From assembly GCA_963819535.1 (NCBI GenBank), contig CAWFWL010000003.1, positions 116,636 through 180,635 on the forward strand: a DNA stretch of 64,000 bases, in the 5' to 3' direction. Both the position numbers and the translations under genes were made by a program. Source of the DNA: an uncultured Actinomycetes bacterium (GTDB taxonomy: Bacteria; Actinomycetota; Thermoleophilia; Gaiellales; Gaiellaceae). Numbering within the stretch: position 1 is the first letter of the stretch; each line of letters starts with the position of its first letter. Positions 38,084 to 51,764 of the stretch are shown piece after piece. The notes under the pieces were generated by a model. It was not told the DNA's origin. It ran no database searches and saw nothing but the letters and a program-made list of their open reading frames with translations.

Positions 38084-38539
38084 ATGGGATCGGAGCAGGA
38101 GGACGTCATGGCCGTTGACACATCGTCGATGTTTGCGCAGGTCATCCAGGAGCATCTGGAGCTGAAGCGCCGGAACTCGGCACTCGAGCACGAGATGCCG
38201 CTCGGGAAGTACATGCACGAAGACCCGTTCGAGAACCACCCGCTCTTCAAGACCGAGGAGCAGGCGCGCATCGAGGACACGATCGACGGCGTGCCCGGGA
38301 TCGAGTCGCACGAGACGTCGCTCGACTGGCCGACGACCGACGACACCTTCATCGAGCAGCCGCAGACGCCGATCGCCGAGCAGCCCACCGAGGCGCACGA
38401 GACCGTCGACCCCGACGAACGCTCCGACGAAAACCTCTGGTCGCAAGTCCCGCGACTTCGACTGGGGCGATTAGTCACGCAGGGGGAAACCTGCGGTTCC
38501 CCCCACGAGCCCCCCTTCCCTGAGGCACCCAGTTCGTGA
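38084..38539 (+). CDS. acidic hypothetical protein (151 aa)
   Basis: GGGGGA lies upstream. The sequence is Asp/Glu-rich with no recognised domain, and its last ~20 codons run into a palindromic repeat (38482-38504). Confidence 0.45.
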   Translation: MGSEQEDVMAVDTSSMFAQVIQEHLELKRRNSALEHEMPLGKYMHEDPFENHPLFKTEEQARIEDTIDGVPGIESHETSLDWPTTDDTFIEQPQTPIAEQPTEAHETVDPDERSDENLWSQVPRLRLGRLVTQGETCGSPHEPPFPEAPSS

Positions 38540-38602
38540 TCGGTGAGCGCGGGCGAAGCCCGCGCTCGTGCGAGCTTCGAACGCCGAGAATTCGCTTCTG
38601 AC

Positions 38603-38629
38603 CGAACCTGGTTCGCAGAACCAGGTTCG
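38603..38629. repeat. perfect 12-bp-stem hairpin built from CGAACCWGGTTCG palindromes, between convergent genes
   Basis: CGAACCTGGTTC-GCA-GAACCAGGTTCG. It has the same architecture as 9811-9847. GCGCGGGC-GAA-GCCCGCGC lies about 50 nt upstream. Confidence 0.85.
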
Positions 38630-38634
38630 CGAGT

Positions 38635-40518
38635 TCACGGCTGGGTGAGCCGCGCCCAGAGGTTGTCGAGGATCTGCTTGACGGGCCAGAACGTCGCCGA
38701 GCCGCCGAAGTCGAGCGTGCCCGCGGCGAACACCTTCGCCCCGCCGACCGTCTCGTAGTACGACATCTGGGCGGTGATCCCCGGCCCGTACAGGTCGGGG
38801 ATCTGGGCCACGACCAGCGTCCCGGGCGGTGACACCGCCGCGGTCGCGTCGATCTCGATCCCGTAGCCGCCCACGTACTGCCCGAACGTCGACCCGTCGG
38901 CGAGCCCGCTTCCTGCCCACAGCCACGGAGCCGCCGCCGCGTTCTGCACGGTGAAGAGACCCTGGCGCTGGCCGTCGTCGTTCGCGCGGTACTGCACGCC
39001 GATCAGCGCCGCTTCGGGGCGGCCCGCGTCGCGCCACTTGCCGATCTTCTTCAACACCTGACCGGTCTTGTCGACCTTCCAGAAGAAGTTGTTCGCCGAG
39101 AGGAACATCAGGTTGCCGCCGAGGTCGCGGAACCGCTGCACCACGTCGTACTCGTGTGACGTGACGTATTCCTCGTGGCCTTCGAAGATGACGAGGTCGT
39201 ACGCGTGCGCGAGTTGGTCGCCGTTGGCGATCAGGTCGAAGTCGGAGTCGGAGATGAACTCGGCGTTCTTGCCGGACCAGTAGAGCCAGTGCAGGAACGG
39301 GAGGTCGTAGCGGTAGAACCGAGGCGGCTGGCCACGCGCGGTGTAGGTGCGCGACAGGTCGACGCGCCCGTTCGGCGGGCCGGCGTACCACGTGTCGCCG
39401 TAGCCGTTCCCGTCGGCGTCCTGGAAGTTGTAGGCCTCCCACGTGTTCGTCGGCAGGATCACGAGTACGCGACTCGTCGTCCCAAGTGTTGCGGGGCGGA
39501 CGACGAAGGGCGCGTAGCCGACGCGCCCGTCGGCGCCGGTGAACTGGAGGTAGTAGAGGCCGCTCGGCACGTTCGGGACCTGGAACGTGATCGAGTGCTG
39601 CTCGCTCTGGTACTTCGTCCAGTCGAGGTGGATCGGAGCGATCCCCACGTCGATGCCGGCGAACTGGTTGTCGGCGTACGTGACGACCGTCTCGGGCCCC
39701 GAGTGGAACATGCGCAGGTCGAACGCCGGCTCGTCGGTTGCGATGTGGATGCGCGCGACCTGCCCGGGCGCGTAGCTCGGCTGGCCGAAGCCCGCGTCGA
39801 TGCCCTGCACCCGTACGACGACACCCTTCGGATAGCGGCCGACGAACGCGTTCGGGGCGCCGTACTCGATCTTGTTGCCGGCCGTGTCAACCGCGGTGAA
39901 GCGAATCAGGAACGTCCGTGGGTTGGTGGTCGTCGCGGGCGCCCAGGTGAGTGTGTGCAGCCCCGGTTCGAGGTGCGTCGTCGTCGTATAGGTGACCGCG
40001 GGCACCTTCACCGTCCGCGTGACGTCCATCGTCACGGTCGCCGGTTCCAGCAGCCGGAAGGTGAAATTGGCCTTGTCGCGGAAGCCGTCGCCGTTCGGGC
40101 TGATCGTCGTCAGGAGTGGGCCGTCACCGGCGAACCGCGTCGACGAGCCGTTGTCGGCGCGCAGCCCGTGGAGCTCGGGCGCGGTCGCGTCGAGGTGGAG
40201 TGGGGCGGTCGCGAGCACGGCCGACCGGTAGACGAGCCGGACGAAGTAGTCGCCGTCAGGGACGTGCTTGCCGGCGATCCGTCCGTCCCAGCCCGTCGCC
40301 AGGGTGCTGCGACGCGACGGCGGCACGATCCAGCCGAAGCTCTTGCCGCTCGCGGAGACGATGCTGACCCCGACCTGGCGCGGCACGGTCAGCTGGGCGA
40401 GCACCCGCAGGCTCCCGGCGTGCGGGGAGAAGTCGCGCGGTGCGACGCTCAGGGTCGCCGCCTGTGCGGGCGCGGCAAGAGCGAGCGCCACCACGGTCAC
40501 GAGCCCGAGCCTGCGCAC
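38635..40518 (-). CDS. secreted protein with N-terminal FlgD-Ig-like domains and a C-terminal N,N-dimethylformamidase large-subunit-like (DUF6605) domain
   Basis: Signal peptide '[20 protein letters not shown]', then '[10 protein letters not shown]', 'PTNTWEAYN' and 'FEGHEEYVT...[16 protein letters not shown]'. Confidence 0.55.
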   Translation of the reverse strand: MRRLGLVTVVALALAAPAQAATLSVAPRDFSPHAGSLRVLAQLTVPRQVGVSIVSASGKSFGWIVPPSRRSTLATGWDGRIAGKHVPDGDYFVRLVYRSAVLATAPLHLDATAPELHGLRADNGSSTRFAGDGPLLTTISPNGDGFRDKANFTFRLLEPATVTMDVTRTVKVPAVTYTTTTHLEPGLHTLTWAPATTTNPRTFLIRFTAVDTAGNKIEYGAPNAFVGRYPKGVVVRVQGIDAGFGQPSYAPGQVARIHIATDEPAFDLRMFHSGPETVVTYADNQFAGIDVGIAPIHLDWTKYQSEQHSITFQVPNVPSGLYYLQFTGADGRVGYAPFVVRPATLGTTSRVLVILPTNTWEAYNFQDADGNGYGDTWYAGPPNGRVDLSRTYTARGQPPRFYRYDLPFLHWLYWSGKNAEFISDSDFDLIANGDQLAHAYDLVIFEGHEEYVTSHEYDVVQRFRDLGGNLMFLSANNFFWKVDKTGQVLKKIGKWRDAGRPEAALIGVQYRANDDGQRQGLFTVQNAAAAPWLWAGSGLADGSTFGQYVGGYGIEIDATAAVSPPGTLVVAQIPDLYGPGITAQMSYYETVGGAKVFAAGTLDFGGSATFWPVKQILDNLWARLTQP

Positions 40519-40562
40519 GCGCGCCAGGGTACCCGGGCCCTAGGACGCTCAGTACCCTTCCG

Positions 40563-42626
<2,064 letters not shown>

Positions 42627-42630
<4 letters not shown>

Positions 42631-43100
42631 GCCTCGGCTTCGTCCTCGCGATCCTGGTCTCGGGGTTCTTCACCGGTGCGCTGGCGCGGCTCGCGATTCC
42701 CGGCCCCGACCCGATGCCGATCTGGCTGACGATCGCGATCGGGCTGACCGGCTCGATCATCGGCGCGGTGGTCGGGAAGGCGATCTCGAACGACAATGGC
42801 TACGTGATCTCGTTCACGTCGTTCGGGGTCGCGATCGCGCTGGTCGCCGCGTACCGACGCTTCGTGCAGCAGCGGCCGATCTTCGGCCCGGGCGCGACCG
42901 AGTTCCCGAAACGCGGTCTCGGCGTCGAGCAGCAGCGCGAGCGGCTGCACAAGCTCGGCGTCGACCCGGATGCGCTCCGTCCCGACCCGAAGCAGCTCGA
43001 GCGGGCGCGGCTGGAGGCGATGCTGCACGAGCTGCACCGCGCCGGGGTGCTCGACGACGAGGAGCTGCACGCGAAGCGGACAGCACTCGACGAGCGCTAG
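42627..43100 (+). CDS. GlsB/YeaQ/YmgE-family membrane protein fused to a C-terminal SHOCT-like helix pair
   Basis: Its ATG overlaps the uvrB stop. It has '[14 protein letters not shown]...[13 protein letters not shown]' and a C-terminal '[19 protein letters not shown]'. Confidence 0.6.
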
Positions 43101-43888
43101 CTGCGTTCGAACCGCCGTTCGGCGACGGGCGCGTACCCGCCGCCGTCCCAGATGTGGGTCTCCGCGGTGAGCGTCCGTTCGTCGGCGCGGTAGACGACGC
43201 AGCCGCGCGCCTCGCCGAGCCGCTTCGGGCGGGGCTGGGCGAGCCCGGGCGCGATCGAGATCACGCACCGCCCCGCGCCGGCCAGCACCTCGAACTCGTG
43301 GCGCTCGGCCGCAGCAGCCTGGTGGATGTGGCCGCCCACGATCAGCTCCGCACCTGCGTCGACGAGCTGTGCGAGAACGTGACCCCGCCGCGCGACGGGT
43401 TTCTTGTGCGAGCGCCACGGTGCGTTGATCAGCTGGTGATGTAGCGCCACGACGCGCAGCGCGCCCGGCTGCCCGGCCGCGAGACGGTCCGCCGCACGCC
43501 GGAGCTGCACGTCGTCGAGGCCGCCCGACTGGTGCCGCCACGGCCGTACCGAGTTCAGGCCGACGACCTGCACACCCTCGCTCGCGTGCACCGGCTCGAC
43601 GGTCTGCCACACGCGCTCGAACTCGAGCCACGGAGTGGTGAAACGCGTCGGGAACGCGTACGGGATGTCGTGGTTCCCCGGCACGGCGAGCACCGCGGGG
43701 CCGAGGCTGCGCAGGAACGCCGCCGCGCGTTCGTGCTGCTCGCGGCGGCCGCGGTGCGTCAGGTCGCCGCTCGCGATCACCAGCTCCGGCGCTACACGCT
43801 CGATCAGACCCGCCAGCGCGCCTTCGAGCCGAGGGTCGTCTCCGGCCCCGAAATGGAGGTCGGAAACGTGAAGGAGGCGTGTTTGCAC
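43097..43888 (-). CDS. metallophosphoesterase
   Basis: 'HVSDLHFG', 'GDLTHRG', 'GNHD' and 'GGHIH' calcineurin-like motifs. Confidence 0.85.
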   Translation of the reverse strand: MQTRLLHVSDLHFGAGDDPRLEGALAGLIERVAPELVIASGDLTHRGRREQHERAAAFLRSLGPAVLAVPGNHDIPYAFPTRFTTPWLEFERVWQTVEPVHASEGVQVVGLNSVRPWRHQSGGLDDVQLRRAADRLAAGQPGALRVVALHHQLINAPWRSHKKPVARRGHVLAQLVDAGAELIVGGHIHQAAAAERHEFEVLAGAGRCVISIAPGLAQPRPKRLGEARGCVVYRADERTLTAETHIWDGGGYAPVAERRFERS

Positions 43889-43907
43889 CGGCGAAGCAGG
43901 CTATACA

Positions 43908-44162
43908 GTGACCGAGATGGCCGACGAGCAATCGACGGAGATCTTCGACGACCTCTATCTCGGGCTCCGGGCGGGCGGCGCACTGCGCAAGCAGCGTCGC
44001 GGCGAGCCGCTCACGGAGGAGGAGAAGGAGGCGCTCGGCCGGTGGCAGCGCCTCTCGACCTGGCGGAAGGGCATCGCGATCAGCGGCTTCGCCGTCGGCA
44101 CCTTCGGTCTCGGCTTCACGCTCGGCGGACTGATCTTCGGCCGCTGGCGGAAAGCTAGCTAG
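43908..44162 (+). CDS. hypothetical small membrane protein
   Basis: One C-terminal TM helix ('IAISGFAVGTFGLGFTLGGLIF'). The start may be ATG 43917. Confidence 0.35.
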   Translation: MTEMADEQSTEIFDDLYLGLRAGGALRKQRRGEPLTEEEKEALGRWQRLSTWRKGIAISGFAVGTFGLGFTLGGLIFGRWRKAS

Positions 44163-45319
44163 CGCTCCGCGAGCAGCACCGCTCCCACGAGCCCGGTCAG
44201 TCCCGCCAGCCCGCCCGCGAGCCACAGCGTCCCGGCACCGCCGACGAGCGCCGTCAGGCCGCCGCCCGCGGCGAGTGCGAGCAGCTCGGCGCCGTTCCGC
44301 AGGCCGTTGTAGGCGGCGAACGCCTGGCCGTGGCGCGCGGGCTCGACGTTCTGGTGGATCAGCGTGCGGAACAGCGTGTTCTTGACGCCGTGTCCCATGC
44401 CGCCGACGAGGTAGCAGACCAGCATGAACGGCAGGACCATCCAGAACGGCGCAACGAACTTCGAGAACCCCTGCACGCTTGCGGCGAGCAGCGCGAACAG
44501 CCCGACCGCTCCGACGGGAATGCGTGGTGCAAGCCCGCGTGACGCCGCGATCAGCCCGATCGCCCAGAACGTCAGGACGGCGCCGAGCGCAATCCCCCCG
44601 CGATGCAGGCTCTCCCGCACGTAGACGAAGTCGCCGGGGATCGACGCCGACATGCAGACGAGCGTCGCTGCGCCCGCGCCCATCGCGATCGCGAACAGGC
44701 GGCCGGTGAAGATCAGGCGCAGGCCGTCGCTCGCGCGCGGCCCCGGCCCGCGCGGCCGCTCGACCCGCCGGCGCGGCGAGACGGCGAGCTGGGCAACCGC
44801 GATCACGAGGAACGTCGCCCCGTCGGCGAGCAGCGCCAGGCGCGTCCCGGCACCGGCGGCGAGCGCACCGCCGATCAGCGGCCCGATCAGGAATCCCACC
44901 GATCGCGCCGACTCGACCAGCCCGTTCGCGGCCCCGAGCGTGCGCGGCCCGGCGAGCAGCGGCACGAGCGCGAACTCCGCCGCCTGCCCCACCGCGGCGC
45001 CGGCTCCGAGCAGCACGGTCAGCGCCAGGACCGCCGGGATCGAGCCGGTGCTGAACGCGAGCACGGTCACGATCGCTCCCTGCACGAGTGCCGCGGCGAT
45101 CGCGACCGCACGTGTCTCGAGCCGGTCGACGAGCAGGCCGACGTGACCGGAGAGCAGGGCGACCGGGGACCAGAGGGCGATCAGCAGCACCGAGACGCCG
45201 ATCCCGTGCCACCGCTCTTCGGTGCGCAGCGCGAGCGTCAGGACGGCGACCCAGTCGCCGATCGACGAGACCGCGATCGCGGCCGCGACGATCCGCAGGT
45301 CACGAGCACGCGCTTCCAC
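44159..45319 (-). CDS. MFS transporter
   Basis: 12-TM pattern. I chose GTG 45319 because the longer track ORF (to 45514) would run antisense through the uvrA promoter and start. Confidence 0.75.
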   Translation of the reverse strand: MEARARDLRIVAAAIAVSSIGDWVAVLTLALRTEERWHGIGVSVLLIALWSPVALLSGHVGLLVDRLETRAVAIAAALVQGAIVTVLAFSTGSIPAVLALTVLLGAGAAVGQAAEFALVPLLAGPRTLGAANGLVESARSVGFLIGPLIGGALAAGAGTRLALLADGATFLVIAVAQLAVSPRRRVERPRGPGPRASDGLRLIFTGRLFAIAMGAGAATLVCMSASIPGDFVYVRESLHRGGIALGAVLTFWAIGLIAASRGLAPRIPVGAVGLFALLAASVQGFSKFVAPFWMVLPFMLVCYLVGGMGHGVKNTLFRTLIHQNVEPARHGQAFAAYNGLRNGAELLALAAGGGLTALVGGAGTLWLAGGLAGLTGLVGAVLLAER

Positions 45320-45339
45320 GGAGCGAGTATCGATTGGGG

Positions 45340-45369
45340 TTGTACGAACGTACGTTCGGGAGGTAGAAT
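45340..45369 (+). promoter_or_regulatory. candidate sigma-A promoter of uvrA (TTGTAC-18 nt-TAGAAT)
   Basis: The -10 hexamer ends 8 nt before the uvrA ATG, which implies a leaderless or nearly leaderless mRNA. There is no SD sequence. Confidence 0.5.
45345..45358. promoter_or_regulatory. LexA operator (Cheo/SOS box CGAAC-N4-GTTCG)
   Basis: The perfect palindrome CGAACGTACGTTCG lies in the promoter spacer, 20 nt upstream of uvrA and 26 nt upstream of the divergent MFS gene. Confidence 0.75.
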
Positions 45370-45377
45370 GGCCCCAT

Positions 45378-48215
<2,838 letters not shown>

Positions 48216-48219
<4 letters not shown>

Positions 48220-48422
48220 ACTGGCGCAGCCGCCGAAGCGTGCTCGTGCTGATCGTGGCCGTGTGCACGGGTCTGTTCGCCGCCGGCATGGCCGCCGCGT
48301 TCCTGAACCGCCACCACACGATCTGCAACGACAAGCGCTCCCCGGTCGCCCAACGAGGCGGCCTGCTCGGCCAAGTCGTCGTCCGCTGCCACGACGGCCA
48401 GGTCGTCACGCTCAACAACTAA
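48216..48422 (+). CDS. hypothetical 68-aa membrane-anchored protein
   Basis: Its GTG overlaps the uvrA stop (GTGA). It has the TM helix '[22 protein letters not shown]'. Confidence 0.35.
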
Positions 48423-48446
48423 TCGTAATCGAGGGGGAAACTGATC

Positions 48447-48697
48447 GCGGAGGGAAACCACGGGTTTCCCTCCGCGGGCCTCCCTTCCGGGATCGCCTTG
48501 CCCATTGGCGCGGCGCCTCCCGCCCGGCCAAGCCGGGCTCCGGCGGCAGATGGTCGCGCTCACTCATCGATTCGGGTCAACGCCAGGTTCGCTGCCGAAG
48601 GCCGGGCTTTGCCGGCGGGAGGCGAGAGGCGCGGTCACACGGGCGGCGATCCCGGAAGGGAGGGCTTTGGGAGGGAAACCCGTGGTTTCCCTCCCAA
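48447..48697. repeat. 251-bp almost fully self-complementary element (MITE-like or structured RNA)
   Basis: Its ends are two perfect hairpins that are reverse complements of each other: GCGGAGGGAAACC-ACG-GGTTTCCCTCCGC (48447-48475) and TTGGGAGGGAAACC-CGT-GGTTTCCCTCCCAA (48667-48697). The adjoining arms 48476-48497 and 48645-48665 match at 19 consecutive nt, and the interior is also imperfectly palindromic. Confidence 0.75.
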
Positions 48698-48712
48698 ATA
48701 TGCTTGCGGCCG

Positions 48713-49324
48713 ATGCGGGACTGGTGGCTGCGTGCGCTGCTCGTGCTTCAGAAGCCGCGCCCGGTGTTCGTCGCTCTGCGCGACGCCGACTCCGAGTCGC
48801 TCGCCGACCGGTCCGAGCCCGTGCTCGCGATCGTCCTCCTCGCCGGGATGGCGACGGTGCTCTCGACCGCGACCGCCGGGCGCCTGCTCGACGACGGCTC
48901 CTACGACAACGTGCTCGTTGCCGTCTGGACGTTCATCGCGGGTGGGATCTACGGCGCCGTCGCGTACTTCGTGATCGGCGGGGTGCTCGATCGCGGCGTG
49001 AAGGCACTCGGGTCGCAGGGGACGTACCGCCGCTCACGCCACGTGCTCGCGTTCGCCGCCGTGCCGATCGCGCTCTCGCTGCTCCTCTGGCCCGTCAAGC
49101 TCGCCCTCTACGGCGACGATGTCTTCCGCAGTGGCGGCCACGACGCCGGAACGGGAGCACACGTCTTCTCCGCGCTCATGTTCGGCTGCCTTGCCTGGTC
49201 GGCGGTGCTGCTCGTGATCGGCGTGCGCTCGGTGCACGGCTGGACGTGGGCGCGCGCGGCTGCCGGAAGCGCGCTCGCCGTCGCCGTCCCCGTGCTGCTC
49301 GTCGTTGCGTCTACTTACCGCTGA
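48713..49324 (+). CDS. Yip1-domain membrane protein
   Basis: ATG 48713 lies in the frame of track ORF 48263. The 5-TM pattern resembles the Yip1 family. The upstream part of the track ORF reads through the repeat and is not credible. Confidence 0.5.
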   Translation: MRDWWLRALLVLQKPRPVFVALRDADSESLADRSEPVLAIVLLAGMATVLSTATAGRLLDDGSYDNVLVAVWTFIAGGIYGAVAYFVIGGVLDRGVKALGSQGTYRRSRHVLAFAAVPIALSLLLWPVKLALYGDDVFRSGGHDAGTGAHVFSALMFGCLAWSAVLLVIGVRSVHGWTWARAAAGSALAVAVPVLLVVASTYR

Positions 49325-51200
49325 CGGACGACACGTACGCTGCGACCGCGTTGATCTGGGCTGCGGTCAGCTGCCCCGTGAACGACGGCATCGCGCCCTT
49401 GCCGTGCTGCACGCGGTCGAGCACGAGCGCCTGTGTCGGCTTCGCCTGATCGAGGTTCGGCCCGACCGTGCCGCCCGAGCCGGCGTCGGCGAGCGTGTGA
49501 CAGCCGCCGCAGCCTGCACTCGCGAACACCGCCTTCCCCGCAGCGTTCGACGCGGCCGCCGTCGTCGTTCCGGCGGGGCTCGACGCGGTGACCGTCTTCG
49601 TCGTGTTGTCCGTCGTCGCGCGGCCGAGGAAGAAGCCGCCGACTCCCGCCCCGATCGCGAGCACGATCGCGAGGAAGGCGATCCCGCCCTCGACTGCGTA
49701 CAGCAGGTTGTCCCGTTCGCCGGTGCGCTGCTCGGCTCCGCGCAGCGTCTGGATCACGTTGACGGCGAAGAGCAGCTGCGCGACGACGATCAGGCCGACG
49801 AAGGGCAGGGCGGCGCGCGTCGAGGCCTCGTAGCCGCCGGGCAGGTCCGCGAAGCGGCGCGGCGCGCCGTTCAGGCCCTGCCAGAGCCAAAACGCCGAGT
49901 TCACGGTGACACCGATGAACGTCAGCCAGATGTGCCACTTGGCGAGCGCGTTGCTCCAGATCGGCTTGCCGTAGACGTTCGGCAATACGTAGTAGATGGC
50001 CGCGAAGATCGCGAAGCCGATGTTGACGATCGCCATCTGGTGGAAGTGGCCGACGATCCAGAGCGTGTTGTGCACCACCTTGTCGAATGCGATCGTCGCG
50101 TTCACGACTCCTGACAACCCGGCGGTCAGCCAGGAGAAGAGCCCGAGGAACAGCGCCGTCTCGACGGGGCCCCACTTCCAGTCCGACCGGTAGATCGTCA
50201 TGCCGAGCGAGTAGAGCGACAGCGCCGACGGGATCACGAGCGCGAACGTCGTCGGCTGCATCAGCGTGTTGATCGAGCCCTGATGCGAGGAGTCGGGGTA
50301 GTCGAGGTACACGTGGTGCGCCCACACGGTGACGTTGGCGACCACAGCGATCGCCCAGGCGATCGCGATCACGTTCCCCGCCACGAGCGGCCGCCCGGCC
50401 AGCTTCGGCACCAGGTGGTAGTAGATCGCGACAGCGGGGAAGAGCAGCAGGTAGACGACGGGGTGCCCGAAGAACCAGAGCACGTTCTTCGCCAGCAACG
50501 GATCGACGTGCACGCCCGGCGAGAACGACTGCACGATCATCTCGACCAGCAGGACGGCGAGCGGGAGCGTCGCGATGATCATGTCGATCCCGATCACCGT
50601 CAGCGGGATGACCGCGTACGGGACCGGCTTCGGGTTGGTGGCGAAGCGCTTCGGCGCGAGGTACCCGAGCCCGAGCGCGACGCCGAGCCGGTTCCCGATC
50701 CCGCGCTTCGTCGCATGCAGGCCCGGGCCGACGACCGTGTGCAGGATCGCCAGGCACCACGTGACGATCGACAACCCCGCCAGCAGCACCGAGGTGGAGA
50801 AGATCGCGGTCGCCCACCGGCCCCAGGCGTGCGCGCTGTGGAACGGGAGCGGGTAGAGGAAGACCCACGAGCCGCCGAAGTGCAGCGCCAGGGTCGACAC
50901 GAGCACGCCGGCGACGCCGACCACCATCAGCCACCACGCCGCCTCCGCGAAGAACCGTCCGACCGGCCGCAGTTCGAAGCCGAGCTCGTCGAGGATCCAG
51001 AACGCCAGGCCCATGACCGCGAACCCGGCCCAGCCAAGGAACGCACCGAGGCCGTGCGCCGTCATGAGCGCGTACCAGGTGTTGTCGTGCAGGGTCCCGA
51101 TGCCCGCCTGGCTCTCGCGGATCAGGACGCCGAGCAGACCCGAGGCGAACAGGATGACGGTCGACGCGACGAGGTACCGCGCGACCAGCCGGTTCGTCAT
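49311..51200 (-). CDS. B-family (ba3-like) haem-copper oxidase subunit I fused to a C-terminal mono-haem cytochrome c domain
   Basis: 'WFFGHPVVYLLLFPAV', 'WAHHVY' and 'HNTLWIVGHFHQ' are subunit I ligand motifs of the B-type (GHPxVY). An extra TM helix follows, then 'CGGCH...GAMPSF' (CxxCH plus an axial Met). Confidence 0.85.
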   Translation of the reverse strand: MTNRLVARYLVASTVILFASGLLGVLIRESQAGIGTLHDNTWYALMTAHGLGAFLGWAGFAVMGLAFWILDELGFELRPVGRFFAEAAWWLMVVGVAGVLVSTLALHFGGSWVFLYPLPFHSAHAWGRWATAIFSTSVLLAGLSIVTWCLAILHTVVGPGLHATKRGIGNRLGVALGLGYLAPKRFATNPKPVPYAVIPLTVIGIDMIIATLPLAVLLVEMIVQSFSPGVHVDPLLAKNVLWFFGHPVVYLLLFPAVAIYYHLVPKLAGRPLVAGNVIAIAWAIAVVANVTVWAHHVYLDYPDSSHQGSINTLMQPTTFALVIPSALSLYSLGMTIYRSDWKWGPVETALFLGLFSWLTAGLSGVVNATIAFDKVVHNTLWIVGHFHQMAIVNIGFAIFAAIYYVLPNVYGKPIWSNALAKWHIWLTFIGVTVNSAFWLWQGLNGAPRRFADLPGGYEASTRAALPFVGLIVVAQLLFAVNVIQTLRGAEQRTGERDNLLYAVEGGIAFLAIVLAIGAGVGGFFLGRATTDNTTKTVTASSPAGTTTAAASNAAGKAVFASAGCGGCHTLADAGSGGTVGPNLDQAKPTQALVLDRVQHGKGAMPSFTGQLTAAQINAVAAYVSSVSGK

Positions 51201-51709
51201 CGCGTCACCTCGAACGTCGCCTGCATCTTGGCGTGGCCGAGACCGCAGAACTCGAGACAGAGAACGGTGTAGCGCCCCGGCTCGTGGAACGTGTGGAGCA
51301 ACGTCGAGTTCTGGTTCGGCACGACCTGAATCTGCGCGATGAACTTGTGGCCCTTGTAGATCCCGAACCCGTGGTTGACGTCGGAGCTGCGGGTGACGAA
51401 CGCAACCGGGCGGTCGACGGTGATCCGCGACGGCGAGATCTTCCAGAAGAACTGCTGCGCGTCGACGTGGACGATCTGCGCGTCGGCCGGTGTCGACTTG
51501 CCGTAGGGGATGAACCAGATCGTCGCGGCGAGCAGGGCGACGAGGATGACCGCCACGATCACGAGCCAGCGCTTCTCGGCCTCGGCGAGGCGATGGATGT
51601 CGACCGGCTTCTTGCTGCGGGTCGTCAGCGCGAGCCCGAGTGCCAGCAGGATGCAGAGGATGACCACGACTCCATACGCGATCAGCAGCATCAGATCGGT
51701 GCCGGCCAT
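51197..51709 (-). CDS. cytochrome c oxidase subunit II (CuA cupredoxin)
   Basis: Two N-terminal TM helices and the CuA motif 'H...CLEFCGLGHAKM'. Its stop overlaps the subunit I start. Confidence 0.85.
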   Translation of the reverse strand: MAGTDLMLLIAYGVVVILCILLALGLALTTRSKKPVDIHRLAEAEKRWLVIVAVILVALLAATIWFIPYGKSTPADAQIVHVDAQQFFWKISPSRITVDRPVAFVTRSSDVNHGFGIYKGHKFIAQIQVVPNQNSTLLHTFHEPGRYTVLCLEFCGLGHAKMQATFEVTR

Positions 51710-51764
51710 TGGCGCGTCAGCCTAAGAGGCTGCCCGTGACCGTGTCGTCAGTAGTTTTCCGCCG

